From Priapulus caudatus (Eukaryota), in NCBI RefSeq assembly GCF_000485595.1, contig NW_014577086.1:575864-631857 (forward strand): DNA of 55,994 nt, in the 5' to 3' direction. Below the pieces are notes generated by a model. The model saw nothing but the letters and a program-made list of their open reading frames with translations. It had not been told where the DNA came from and did not search any database. The translations under genes and the position numbers were made by a program. Numbering within the stretch: the stretch's first letter is position 1; the number at the start of each line of letters is the position of its first letter. Shown one piece after another: positions 12,718 through 28,200 of the stretch.

Positions 12718-15677
12718 CTAAAATTAATTGAAATGAACGTTGTTAATTATTATTTTCTGCGCTACAGATGTTATTTATGTACCTTTAATAAACAACAACA
12801 AGAAGAATGTTTCATCAAAATATCTGTGGGTTATCACCTGTTAGGGCTGTAGAATAAAGTGTAAATTAGTGGTTTAGTGGAGTAGAATGAATATGGAATC
12901 GTTTTGAAAGCTATCACGGCTGATGTTGCCAAAGATTGTTTACGTTTCTTCTTTCAGTTATTCTTTAGCCAGTTTGTCAGTAACACACAACACATGTCTG
13001 CACTCCCAACAGCTGCTAGCACGTGGGGCAGGAAACTAACTAGTCTTACTGAATAAATCAACAATTTTATCTCGTTTAATTAGTAAAAACATAAATTTCA
13101 TCAAATTAGAGACAAAGAAATTTTATTAAAACCAACTAATCGATTAGTCAAGCTGTGCACTTTCTCGTCGGCACCGTTACGCACCTGACCCAATGAGGAC
13201 GTTCGCGAACACGCTGCTGTCACTGCCGCCCTGCGGCGGTGGCGTGAGCGGCGTGCTCGGCGTGAGCGGGGACCGTGGCGACGTCGTATCACCGACGTCT
13301 TCGTGCACCTGCTGGAAGCTGTGTCGCAGCTCCATCGACAGCGGCACCGGCTGCGTGCGGTTAGACAGCCGCGACTTGATCCCTGGCGACTTGAGAGGGA
13401 AGGCGCTCACCCTCGGCTGTAACACACAACCAACGATAGATTTACGCTGAGTGCTCACTTCCCAGCAGGCCGGGGCATCACTAGCCAATGCTACTGAGAC
13501 ATCATCACGAGCAAAAGCCGACAAATGATTTCAGTCTATTTAGATTGGTTGTTACTATATCAGGTAGAGATGGGCTTTGTTAACGGTTCGACTCTGACCC
13601 TGCACTTTTCTGGGGAGGCTATGTCTCATGCTACTTACAAATTTTGGTGCCTGTTTGGAGTTTCGTGGCTCTATTTCAAGTGATTTGTTGTAGAGATAGT
13701 CGTTGAACTCTTTCTCCGTCCTATCACCGAGCGGATTCAAGTTCTCTAGGAACATCTGAAATCATATTCACGAGTAATTGTGACTACAGCAGTACTGCAG
13801 CCTGTTTGGAGTTTCATGGCTCTATTTCAAGTAATTTTTTGTAAAAAAATAGTTGTTGAACTTTTTCTCCGTCATATCACTGAGTGGATTCAAGTTCTCT
13901 ATGAACATCTGAAATCATATTCATGAGTTATTGTGACTACCACACAACACATGAAGAAATAATACATATACCACTTTCTGCACTATTTATGGATTGACAT
14001 AATATTGTCGCTTCCATTGTATCACTAAGGAGAATATGGTAGAAAGAGAATAAAGGAAATGGAATTACTCATCATAAACCATCAGAGATTGTGAGTCAAA
14101 ACACATCATCAATGTGATCATCCAGATCATTGACCTACTAGTACTACTGTACTACTACAACTGGCCAATTTATAACTCATTCGTACCCCTGCCTCATCTG
14201 AAATATACTAGTAAACCTGCCCAATTTAGAAACCACCTATACACCTACCTGATCCAAAACCTACCAGTACCAATTTATAAACCACAAGTATACCTGACAG
14301 ATCTAAAAGCCACCAGGGCACATTACCGATCTCGAACCCACCAGATCCCCCATCCATTCCCATTTACTAAAAAGGAGCATTCAAACTTAGCTTTAAAGCT
14401 TAGACTTACATAAAAATATATTGAGCTAACAAGTTTAAATGCCATTTTAAAAGATTCTTGATGGATACAGCACGTTTATATCTTTCGCCATACCAAACAT
14501 GGTAAAAGCTTTTTTTGAACAATGCCAGATCCCAAAACAATGTAACACAAGTATACTGGACTGGTTTTTCATCCAGATGTTCAAAATACTTTTGCAAGAG
14601 AAAAACGTACAGCTACAAACGTGCATCAAATACAAATACTAAACTATGAACAGCAAGCGGATTACTCTCTTTGCTTAACCCCCACCTGCTCGAAATACAA
14701 TTTCATGCATGGCTAAAGGCAGGCATAGTAAGGTATCTGTATGGGGCTATCATGCATTTGTGATTGAAATGACAGCTGCTGAATGAGTGGCAGTGAGCAA
14801 TGTATTTTTCATGCCAATAGAGAGTGAATGACCGAAGAAATGAGATTTTGCGACTAAAGAGCCGAGCACTAGGAGTGAAAGCAAATTTGCCAGCAAAATA
14901 AAAAAAAACACAACAAAAACGAAAAAAAAGACATACAGAACTTTGACTTAATGCTCTAACATTACTCCACTATCGCTAGTGATGGCAGGCTTACCCTAAT
15001 GTCAGGCTCAACCGTCAGGCAATATGGTTGATTCTGGTACTGTTGAATCTCTCCCGTTATCTCTGCCACTTTCCGCCGCTTAGCAAAATTGATAATGCCT
15101 TCATGCATGTTAGGAAGGAAGTCTGGGTTGCCTTCCTCTATGTGTAAAATGTTGGTCAGATACATTCCTGGAAAAGAGCAGCAGCATAAGTGCCCTATAG
15201 TTAGATTGTAGCACCCTGAATCCATTTACATATGAACAAAGTCTCTTTGTGCAGTACACACACATGAACCATACACATTGTTCTTTATGTATTTTAGTCA
15301 TCCTAAACGCAAACACGCTGGCCTGACATGAGTTTGTGTGCTTACCGAAGAAGGGCACACACGGAGGATCAATAGAGCGCAGTTTTTCCATGTACTTGCG
15401 GAAGTGGTCAGAGTTGAGCTCCTTCGCCTCATCCAATAGTTTGACTAGCTTACTTGGGCATTCCTGAATACAATCATCAACACAGTGGGAACATGTTCTC
15501 CCGCACAGGTACAATAACCCCAAATCCACAATAGTACCATAATGAACAGCTGGTAAATAAATAGTTTTCCAGAGAGATGAAAAGAGAGAGAGAGAGACGA
15601 GAGAAGACACGACCCGGAAGAGATGATTAGATAGAGACTTAGAAGCAGAAAGACGGACGAGAGGAGATAGAGCAAGG

Positions 15678-15721
<44 letters not shown>

Positions 15722-15832
15722 GAGAGAGCGAGAGCAGGGCGAGGAGAGAGACAGAGGGACAGAGAGCAGGACAGAACCAGAGACCGAGACAGAGACGAGG
15801 AGACAGAGACAGGAGACAGAGAGAGCGAGAGA

Positions 15833-15863
<31 letters not shown>

Positions 15864-16153
15864 CAGAGACAGGAGACACGAGACAGAGAGAGAAGAGAGA
15901 TGACGAGAGAGGAGAGAAAGAGAGAGAGATAGATAGATAGAGATAGAGCAAGAAAGAGAAGAGGAGATAGGCAAGAGAGAGGAGAGAGAGACTAGAGAGA
16001 GAGAGAGAGAGAGAGAGAAGACAAGAGAGACAAGAGACAGGTCGAGGAGAGAGGACGAGAGAGGAGAGGAGGGAGACCAGGGAGAGAGAGACGAGAGAGA
16101 GACAGAGACAGAGACAGAGAGCAGAGGGAGAGAGAGCAGAGAGAGGAACCGAG

Positions 16154-16214
<61 letters not shown>

Positions 16215-19200
16215 GGTGTCTATACCCGCATCGTGTGCTCCAGTCGGTAGACAGCGGCAGAGTTCATAGCGCTCACAATCTCTAAAACACCGTTGAAGTT
16301 GTTCAGATCCATGAGAACCTGCAGGATCTCAAGGATGCGTGAGACGACAGCCACGCGCTCCTCCATGTTCTCCGTCTCCATGATGCACTTCTCCAGCCAA
16401 AGTGTAAACTATAAGCAGACAAGACGCTACCCTCTGTCACTGATCACAAACCTCGCCAGACAACACTTATAACCGGTTCGTGAGTAGTAATTACAATTAA
16501 TATCCGTAAATTTTGGGTGGAAACCAAGAGTAAGATAATAAGGAACATTGCGACTTGTATAATTATTAACAATCTTCTTGTGATTACATTACTCTTGACA
16601 GGATCTGGCACACATTACATGGTTCATACAGAAGAACTGAACATTTTTTCAAGGACCTTTCAAGGACATTTTATCGGAAATTCAAGCACATTTTATCGGA
16701 CATTTTATCGGAATTCATACACAGAACAAAACATACCTGGATTAATTTAATAATAACCCCATTCTTAATCACTGTCACCTCTAAGACTTACCTGGATCAC
16801 ATTAATAAACCCTTCTAAACACTGTCACTTCTACAACATACCTTGATTTACTGACTGATTTTACTGACTTACTGTAATTTGTGATAATCATTTAACTGTC
16901 TATCGTGTCTATAGCTTTTTAAGCTCATTAACGCAATTTTTATTGAGGTTTGCACATTATTGATGGTACAAATTTTTTTTTTATTACAGACAAAGATTCT
17001 TTCTAAAAATTCAAGAACATTTTCATGAAATTCAAGGACTTTTCAAACACAAAATCAACATTTATTAAATTCAAGTACCTCTCAAGGACTCCCCTCAAAT
17101 TCAAGGACTTTTCAAGGACTCCCCTCAAATTCAAGGACTTTTCAAGGACTGTGCGAACCATGCATTAACTCTTCTGTAGAAGCGTGTTTTAAACCAGATC
17201 TCGCTGTACTCACGTTTGTCGACAAGTGAATCATTTTGAGAAGGTTCGGCGATCGCTTCTCTTTGTCTTTTTTCGTCCACGCAGTGCCTACTAGCTCGGA
17301 GGGCTTCACTGCCCGGTAGAGGTCAAACTCCAGCAGCGTGAGCTGCCGAGCCAACTCAATAGGATGAAGCTGAAACAGACCATCAAGTCTTTAGTAAATC
17401 ATTCTCACTTTTTGTCATGTTTTGAATTACAAAAAAGACTTCACTTCTAAACAATTGTTAAATAGCTGACCACAACAAGATAATCACATAAAACCAAGAG
17501 AATATGACATTTATAGTGCATAATAACAAAATGGGTTGCTACAGACTATGCTACAGTTTGCACAAAGTTATTCTATTTTAAAAGCAAGTTTAAAATAAGT
17601 TGATTGATCGTATACAACGATGGTATACTGACAAAAATTAGCCAAAAGCCAATATCTCAGCCTAGGAATGTCTTATGGAAAAACAGTTGGCAGTTTGGTT
17701 TATTTTAAAGAGGGAAGAACGGTGATTGATGCAGTCCTACCAACTCACTTTAGACTTGCATTTAAAAAAGATATTTTGCTTAAATTACAGCAGGGTCTTC
17801 CTGTTTTGCCATTATACACTATACATGCTATAGGAGTATTATCCTCTTCTGCAATAATCAATACGTTATAGGGCTATATATTAGGCTATTGGTTCTGTCT
17901 ACCGAGTTCATCATCTAAGTTTACTCATACCATCATAAGGTCAAAGTCCTGAGGCAGTTTTGCGATGTGCCACTCTATCGTCGGTGGTCTCGCCTCAAAT
18001 GTGATCTCCCGTTGAGACTCTGAGCTGTCCATCTGTGTAAGTAACATACGGTAAACATTAACCCACATAGCACATAGCAGTGTCTGACAGAGGAAATTTA
18101 TTCGGCGAGTAGGGCAAGTAAAATGGAACTTATATTGGCCTAAAATGAAACTCGGTGACCCAAATTGATTATTGGTATTTTCCTTGTTTTACTGCAAACA
18201 AAACTTTGAGCGAACCCCCAGCCATTTTTGAAAGCATTTACAGATTTAGAGTTGCCATAATATGGTCCAATATACTAAAAATAAGTAGTCTCTAGCATTA
18301 ATTGAATACAGTGTTCAACATGCCTCCATATTACATATAAATTGAAGACCAGACACAACTTTCACATAGACCCACTGCTGCCCAATGCAGAGACAGTCCT
18401 TACATTCTTTAAGAGCTTCTCCCACAGTTCATAAAACTTACAGCTTGAGAGGGGGTACACATTTGCATAGTACACAGCTAAATTTAGTCGCCATCAGGGC
18501 TAAAATCAGTCACGATTTACATTTGTTTTACTTTTAATGCTATTTGTTGTTTATTTTAATAACTTGTCGTTCAAATGTAATTGACACACATGTTAACATT
18601 TTCACACCACCGGTGATTCGTTTGATCTAGGAGCACTCAATAAATAAATTGCATTCTAACACACATGCTTTGGAATTACGTTGTAAAGTCAATACTTGAC
18701 ATCGAACAATGTTATCTAATCTCAATTATCACACTATTAAGGTTTTGGATTGAGATATTTCCGTATCTATCATTTTAAAAAGAAGAAAGAATGTGACCAC
18801 TTAATAATCATATTTTGGGCCACTAATGATTCCTCTTTAGTAGTTTTGTGATCACCGAAGTATGATCAGCAACATTTGGCAACTTGGTGACCAGTTATGT
18901 CAGGCACTGAGACCAACATTGGTGCACTATACTGGGCAAGTGGCATAACCGTGGGAAATGACACAACAATTCACATCAAAGGGCACTTTCTTCTCTGTGG
19001 CCTGCTCATTCACGATACTTATTCTAATATAGTATCGAGCTCATACCAAGTCATACTGGTTCCCAAGTTCCCGACAAAGGAAAACAAGACAGCCCTTTAA
19101 CTGGATACGCACCCTCCTCTTGATGATCTTTGTGATTGATTCCACCCACTTGCGCATGTTCTTGCCACTAACAGAGTCGATGAAGGTATTGAGATGGGCG

Positions 19201-22200
19201 AGCAAGCTGTGATCCCGCTCAAAGTCGTAGAAGTGCTGGTCCACCCAGTGTCGAAGCACATTCAGAACCCTGCAGCAAAAGGTGTGCGCGGCTAATGTTA
19301 GTTTCGAAGGACACACCTACATCTCACATCAATCTTTACCAGTATGCGAGGATCTACACCAGACGAATGCTTTTCTTAAAACTCACACTGTCAACACGAC
19401 ATACTACAGCGAAACCTTATGTGTAGCACAGTCACTTCGAGCTCATTTCACAAGAATGCTCACCTGAACCACATTCTCTCAATAAATATTCCTGAAGAGA
19501 GCTTGCCTGAACCGCAGTCTCTCCGTACATATTCCAGAAGAATGTTAGTATGAACTGCAGTCTCTCTCTCTCTACACAAACACTGCAGAATACTAGTCTA
19601 TTTAGCGCACATTGCACCAAATGCTCACCTGAACTGTACGGGCTGCGCATACTCTTTCCGGAAGCGCTTGAGGTCCTCTCGCACCTGCGTGTCCCTGTCC
19701 TCATCCAGGCAGTCAGTGATGAGGGGAGGCGGCTCCGTTATCTCAAATCTCTCTATGAGGAAATCCAGCAATTCAGCGGGCTGGCAGAATGACCTGTAGT
19801 GAGGAAATCGAAATGAGTGTCTCTGTGCTATCACATTATGTTTTCCATCATTATATGAACTAGGGGTGCACCGAATCCAACTTTTTAAGTTCTGGCCGGA
19901 ACCGGAACCAGCCGGAACTTGAAAAAAGTTCAGGCCGGAACTACCTGGCCGGAACCGGAACTTTAGCAAAGAATAAACTTGACAGTTTTGGCCCAGTATT
20001 GCGCAAACTCATTCGGCCTGAATGAAATATCATTAGCAGCTAGCTAGGCACAAAGTTCTAATTACAGGATGGTTGTTAAGTGTATGAATCAGCTGCTTAC
20101 AGTGCATAATTTGCATAATTCTGGCATCTTATTCGCAAGTGACTTATGTAGCAAAACCTACATGTTGCAGTATCCCTGGTTTAGTCTATTATTTTCAACT
20201 AACAGACAGACGCAATTCCTGTGGCTCTAAGAGTATTTGTTTTTGAAAGAAAATCTTATGAATCACCTAACATCAGTTAGGTTCAGTTCAGTTAGTTAGC
20301 CAATGTTCAAGTGGCAAGCATTTTTTGGGCGGAATAGTGTGAAGTTGTTAATACTATATTGTCAGCAAGTTGACTCTATTGACTCTCAATTACATTCAGT
20401 GACTGATCTTTTGATCTTGATGACTTTTGTAGCAGAAATGAAATTAGGAAAAAGTTCCGGTTCCGGCCGACTGTTTCTGAAGGGTACCGGCCGAAACCGA
20501 AACTCTAAAAATTGGGGATCCGGCCGGATAGTTCCAGCCGGATCCAAGTTCCGGTGCATCGCTAATATGAACAGATTCAAAGAAATGCATTTCGGACATT
20601 CCCTTGGTCCACGTGCACGTCTGTTTAGACATGAATATTCACTTAGTTGTATGCATTGTTGTAGGTTACTGCATTTAGGAAGGGCTGTGATCAGGTATGG
20701 ATACGCTGTGTGGGTGCCTGGAGATTATTGTGTATTGGGGGGGGGGGGATTACGTTGTATGACTGGGGGGATGTGATGATGCTCGTAAGTATTGGTTGAG
20801 GACAAAATAACTGCAACCCTGTGAAAGGTGCATACATAATGTGAGAAAGGTGTCTGAAGACCTAGGTACACTGAATGACACAAGCATACCTGTATGCAAA
20901 GACAAGTGTGTGTATACCTATAAAGTGCATACCTGTACACAGAAAGACAAATACTGCATACCTGTACACAGAAAGGCAAATACTGCATACCTATACATGG
21001 AATCGGGAATGCACATCTGTACGTTAGAATTGGGAGTGCTTACCTGTATGCAAAAAGGTGAATGCATACCTGTACGGTCTAAGGTGAGTGCATACATGTA
21101 CGGTCTAAGGTGAGTGCATACCTGTGTGGAAAGGTGAGTGCATACCTGTGTGGAAAGGTGAGCACATAGCTTAATGCAGGAACGTGTGTGCATACCTGTA
21201 TGTTGTGAGGAAGGTGCGCAGGAACTTGGGATCGGCGTACATATGGTAAGTGAGTCTCTCCACAAGCTTGAGCAATGTGCCACCTTTGATGACTGGAATG
21301 CCGGAGTTGTTGTGCGAAGAATCCTCGAACACTATGTTGTATTCATTATCTTCGATTGCAAATCTGTGGACAGAAGGCAAACCACCCATTCATGATATGC
21401 CCAACTGGAGTAAATCCCGTGCTGCTGCACTATGGTATAAGTTAAAAGACTACCTGGATAAACAGTCAGTTTACACAACAACACTGCAAACACGGGTGAT
21501 CTGTGAATATTCTACAGCATCCCCTCAAATGAGAGACCAAGTAACAGGCATCAAACGTGAGATAATGGAACATGACATTGACTATGGACCTGCAACTAGT
21601 CACAAAAACAGGGGTTACCAGAAAACAGGATACAGATACAATGAGGGTCACATGCAATGTAACCTCTTTACCTGTACTCATCTGGGTTTGGTAGCCTAAG
21701 TGGGTGCTTTTTCTCTTCTTCACTCAGTTGGCTGTCCAACATTCTCTCTAGCATACTAAAACATGACAAACAGGACCTCACTCTTATCACTGACATTATT
21801 ACACTTACATCAGTGTACATAAGAATTGCAGACGGTAATCGAAATTTACAAGATGTGAAAGAACGATACATCTACAATACCAATGTAAACAGGAAATGTG
21901 ACTATGATTGCAGTATGACTGGTTTTGCCATAGTGTGGAGGACATTACCTGCGAGTGCTGAGCATGACCAGTGCTGCCATCCAGTTGTTTTTCTCATCCT
22001 GACTACGACAATACAGTACGATACGTGGCTGATCTCTGGGCACTAGTTCAAAAGCATACTTTAAATCTAGAAAAACCAAACAGGTGATGAGCATCAGTGC
22101 TAAAACATTAAAACATTAAACTTAATAACTCTTGAGTAACTCAAGAAATGAATAAATGTAGATAAATCCAGTCTCGCCTCACTACATATTAACAGTTACA

Positions 22201-25200
22201 TTTAACAGAGAAAACATGTGAAATTATTACTTTAAATGTCTATAGTCCCATTTCTTACAACACAGCAAAACATGAGAATTTCTAACTACAAAAAAAACTT
22301 GTATTATATATACAATATCCTGGGCCATTAATTTAGTTAGTATATAGATGGTAACGTTAAATTACAAACGTTATACATTAAAAACATATTATATCAATAT
22401 ATAAATTCATATTAATACATTGAAAAATACATCTCTTAGGATAGCTAACTACTGCCTAACATGTGGATGATAAGTAGCACAACTACACACCAAGACCTAA
22501 GATAAAATATTGCTTGTTTCCCCTTTACCGACCGACTTGCCGAAACGCCGCTACTCGACACATTTTATTGGCCGATTAAAACAAAACAAAAATTATTTCG
22601 TTTCACAAAAAAAAAAAAAAAATTTGTTCCGCAAAAACATATACACAAAACAGAATATACAATAGACATACACACATCTTGTCAAAACAAAATAAAAATT
22701 TTTTTTCACCTACCTACCTACTCGGTACCCTGAGAGGGTAATTTTTTAAGGGTGGCCTAGCTATTGGCACAACAATCACCTTCAGTGTCGTCTCTGTCAG
22801 CGATCTCAATCTTGCGGATGTAGAACTTCTCTTTTAGACGGAACTCGCCGACAGGCCCTGTCACAGAGGAGCGGCGTAAGTTCTGCTTGCACAGAATGAT
22901 GAGTCCGTCGAAGAGAAACACGTACCGTTCCGTGTTCCGTCGGCTGCCGGTCTTACCTAGAACGCCCTCTGTTGGCGTGAACAGTAACCACGGTAACAGG
23001 TTAACGTGCATTAAACAATATGCCTCGAAATACTAGCAAGAGGTTAAAATTCTCTGTAGATTTTTTTGATACGCTAACGTGCCAACCAAAAATACGTTTC
23101 TGTATCGGCCAAAGCAGAGTTTTTGCGACAGGCACAAAAATAATTCATGAATTGAGATACAAGACTAGACTTTATAACAGATCTAATTTTGCAAATTCAT
23201 GAAATTTTGTTTTAGTTTATGCAAATTCACTTGCAAGCATTAGCACAGAATGTATTTGATCACAGGGGAGACAGCAGAACACCAAGATGTGCAGGTAAGA
23301 ATAGAGAAAGGTGACATGGATTGAGCAAATGCCTGCTACATTCAGTTGACTTTTCCATATTGATATTGTTTCACCCACCCATGATAAACTCATTACAGCT
23401 CTGCCCAATATCCTTGCCCTCCCAGCCATCAATGGATTTTTGTAGCTCGTTCATCTTGGCAACTGCCACCTTCCTGCTGGTCCTACACAAGAAGCGCAAC
23501 GACATCTCCCTGCAAAAACACATGGTGAAATGTCAGAGGTTGGAGGTAGCCAGCTCAGTCAAACGCAAAGCTTTAGTACCATTGGTAGTATACGTTGTGC
23601 TGTATGTCAATATGTCGAAATAGAAACCTTGCAGCAACCATGTTGGACGTTGTTGAGAAAAACCCAAGACCCATTTTACGACAACTCATGCATATACAGG
23701 TTGACTGCCATAGAAAGCAATTCTTGCAATATGTATAGTCACTGAGACAGTGTTATAATGTGTTTTGGCACAGATTCATTCTATGCACACATATCTGAGC
23801 ACGCATATATATCTGAGCATATTGTGTGCCCACAAAATGAGGCAGGAAAATTCAAATAGGATAATTCAAAATGAATTTACACGTAGTTGCAGAGAGTGAA
23901 TCAATGCTTTGCGCTTATCGATGGACAACATATTTACAAACTCTCGGCACACATCTCTTACCCAGGCTTCTTCTTTGCGAGGTTACCCTTAGTTAGCCTG
24001 TCTAATGAAACCTGCAGTGGATAGAGTGCACTATCAGCTTGTTCTAGCGTTTCTTTGTCTTCTTCGTCAGGCGATAGGTTCAACAACACCTGATAAAAAA
24101 AGACAAAAGCAATAATAAAAATATTGACACTGTTGTATGTAGACACATACTTGCAAATGTTGGTACTAACTACATACCTGCACATGCGTCCACCCAAGTG
24201 ACCCTTACCTTGATGGTTTCAAAATAGCCTAAACAGTGGTACGTGGGTCCAAGCAGCAACTTTGGCAGGACATACTTGACTGCCACTGGAAATCCTGGCC
24301 CAGAATGCTGGAATAAAATAGAGTTTAACATGAGCGTGATCTACTGCAGGGAGAGCCATGCACAATACCTATGCTAGTAGGTTCTTCTTGTAACCACTTT
24401 GTATGACATAACTAACAGTGCTAACACAGAACTAGTCTATTTCATGGCCAGTGCACTGTGACATCAGCTGGTGTATTCCCCATAATACACATGACCATAT
24501 CCCCTATTCCCATTTCTCTGGGTTTAGATTTCAGTAAATATGGAACGTAAGACATTCTACCATTCCTTACCGCGAGGGTTTGTAATAGGTCTGGCCTCTG
24601 CAGAAGGGTGTTGAGTCGTTCTCGACTGTGGGGTTTTAGCGCATCTTCCGTAAACTTCTCATAGACCAGCCATTCAGCTGACTGAAAAACAAATAGTTAG
24701 ATACAGGATTCGTCATTTGAAAATCAAGGTGATAATTAGTCCTGCAGATGAGGTGATGTCTCACTCACACAGCCGGACATAGTTACAATTTTTTAGGGAG
24801 TGAGGGCTGAAAACTGTTTATTGAAGAGTTAAAAAAGAGTATTATCAGTAATTGATGTATAACGATATATATCCTTAACTCCATCACATGTGTCCTCTGT
24901 TCTCATTCGATTGACACCTGTGTACCAGAAAGTGACATACAGCTAAATATACGTGCTCCTTCATTTCATATGTCGCAGTGACGACAGTGTACCAGAACAT
25001 GATGTACAGCGATGTCAATATGACAGCCACCATCACTTTTATGATATTGCTATTGCTGCATGGCAATGACACACTTTCAAAAAAAGTCAGCTGTACAAGA
25101 TTTCCCAGCACGATAAGCTCACCAGCATATCACCTTATATTCACTTTCGCAGTGACTGCCTACATCACTACCTGCCACTTAGCACTAGTGTCTTCGGACT

Positions 25201-28200
25201 TTCATTCAAGTCAATTTCATGGCGAGTGCCTGCCACACCTATAGCTCGAAACGTCGTACCTCGGCCATCTCCTCAAAGCAGCTGCCAACGGTCGGCACTG
25301 CTTTCTCCTCTGTCATCTCTAGCGTGTCCTCCAGCAGTCCTAGGAAGTTGACAGTCACGCGATGCACGTCCACGATGTTGCTGAAGATGACATCAATGTC
25401 CTGCAAAAAAAACAAAAAACATGTGTATCGCAAATTCATCTCGCGACGCAGAATCTGTAACAGAGTGCTCCTCAACTTACAGGTGGTGTCAGCCGGTGAA
25501 TTTCAAATGAATGAAATGGTGAAGACTAGAAGTAGCAGTGTGGTGACTTAGCGATTACCAGCACGTGGTGGGGCAAAAGGTTTTCATGCCAGCTAACTGA
25601 TTTGCTCTATAACAATAGTGAAATATCCCTTGAAATAATTCTGGCAAGTCGTTATAACTAAATGTGCTAGGTAAGCACTTATAGAAAAATATATATACAT
25701 CACTGTCAGATACTACAATCTATACTGTCTATATATATATATATACAGGGGTAGAAATTAACTGTTGAACACGGGAGTCCGTAGCAAAATGATGGCGTCC
25801 GCAGTCTGAAGTTCAAAATTAAAGATATTAACAATAACACAAGCTTATTTTGAAGATTCATGCGGTTACACGTCTGCAAATTTTCTTTAGACATTTGCTG
25901 AAAAAATACGGTAATTCCGTGAGGCCATGCTCTGGAACGAACTAGTTAGTATAGTATGGCAGAATTTTCAGGGAGTCACACGAACTCCTGCATATGTCAA
26001 ATCAGGGAGTCCGACAGTAAATCAGGGAGTATTTGAATCCGGACTCCCGTTAATTTCGCACCCTGTATATATATCGCATGTATAGATCACTACGATTAAC
26101 CCTCCCACTCCCTCCCCCCCATACTCTCTCTCTCTATCTCTCATACCTTGCTTCGCGGAAACATGTCGACAAACGGCTTTCGAAACACCTTGAAGATCAT
26201 GTTGAGGTCGCGTATGTACTGATTCTCCTCGTGCACCATGTCCTTGACGACCTCCTCGTAGGTCAGCGAGCCGCGGTTCATCGGTTCCTCCTCGATCGGC
26301 AGCGGCACGTCATCGTCCTGGCAGAACATGTCCATGAGCACCTTGTCGGCGCACATCGCGACGCGGATGTCCTGGCACGTGAGCTCCTCGTGGCGGATAT
26401 TCTTCACGTAGTTGCCCGCCAACTGACGCGCGAGAGAAAGAAGGAAGAAGATGCAACGTGAATGCTATTAGAAGGCATCGCGGCGGGTGCACAATCGCGG
26501 CGGTCGCGCAATCACGGCGGTTGTCGGGGACAGACGCAAGCACTATCGTGATCTTTACAACTCTCCAAATGACGATTCATGCTACCATTATAGCCTTGTT
26601 CATGCGCAAACTGGTGTTGCCGTGCACTCAACACTCAGTGATGCCCTTTCTGATACATTCAGTCTTGAAGAAGAGCTCCGCCACATAAGCAAAAGGCAAA
26701 AAATTAGGAGAATTTGAAATTTGAATCATTTTAAATTGCCAGCAGATTATTACAGCACTGCTACTAATGCAGTAACAACTAGGTTGGCCTGATATTGTAG
26801 ACTATATTATAAAGTGTTGTCAATCGGTTGTAATTTCGTAATCGATCATCGGTTGGACCCAAGTAACCGATGATCGGTTACAATCGGTTACTCGGGGTGT
26901 TGAATGCCTGCGTGTGCGTAACGTCGTGTGCATGTACGTGTGTGCATGTATGTGCTTGTTTAGCCCTGTTTACAGTTTGTTTTGCACTGTTTACTACTGT
27001 GTGTACGATACATGTATGTTAATAAAGGATAACATGTATAGTAGCGATGATATCTCTGATTCTCATCACTTTTCCTAGTTTTCTTGTCCAAGTTTTACAT
27101 TTATTACGTTTTTGTTTTTTCTTTTTCTTTCTTTTTCGATGAAATCGTTTATGAATTTTTGATAACCAAGCGCTTGGTTCAAGCCACTGTTCAACCGATG
27201 ATCGAGTATAATCGATGATCGTGACATCACTAAGCGCTTGGTTCAAGCCACTGTTCAACCGATGATCGAGTATAATCGATGATCGTGACATCACTAATTA
27301 TAATGTCATAAATCTTACAGATACAGATCTTGCTATGCCACTAGAATATAACTTTTCTACTGCATACCATAAGGCTTCAGTTGGCATTATAGACATGTAA
27401 GCATATTGCTTCATGGTCCTACTAATAACACATTATGCCACACAAGTGCATGCATATAAATGTGTTGTAATCTACCAACTAAGCTTCTATACCTTTAGGA
27501 TGTCAGCAGATATGTACTCGAGGACAGCTACAATGTATATAGTCACACTGTAATCAACCTTGTAGCCCAGAACCTCCTGTGAAATGCAAAACAAGAACTC
27601 CTGAGACAACGTGGGTAAACTATGCAGTAAATGTACAACGCTGGAAACAATTTGATATGATCATATATATAACCATCGCTCCAGATTTCCCCCAAGATTA
27701 TGCTAAGAGGTAGGAGTCAACGCTTATTCTCTTTATGTGGTAATAATATTTGGAATTTATTTACACAAACCAGGCCCACTCAAGCATAGTGTCACACCTT
27801 ATGTGGGTGTAACTCAGGCTTATCACTTGCACCCGTGTTTATACAGTGCTTGACACGGTGACCACATGGTCGCATTGAAAACTGGTCATGACTGGTCACC
27901 AATTGGTGACTAAATAAATTGCTCACTGCAATGTAACCACTAGCTTCCACGCCAGCTGGCTGGGGCGCACGAGCTCGCGTGCAATAGCTGTCTAGACAGA
28001 TACTAGCATGTCTCATGCTATTGATTTAAGAGTGTTGCTGGGACATGGACTGCAATGCGGGACAGTCTAAGCTGCATTTATGCGGCCCACACTCTAGTGG
28101 CAGTGCCGATTACTCTCTGAAATATTTCTTGGGTGAAGCATACTAATGGTAAAGAATATGTTGAGGCAAGCAAGTCCAGGAGTGGGAAACGAACCACTTA

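Noticed and set aside
11963..12852. Long plus-strand ORFs (252, 130, 95 aa) opposite SOS exon 24
   Set aside because: Antisense shadows of a GC-rich coding exon with no recognisable domains
15445..15974. Leu/Ser-rich ORFs of 168 and 111 aa
   Set aside because: Translations of the (CT/GA)n microsatellite
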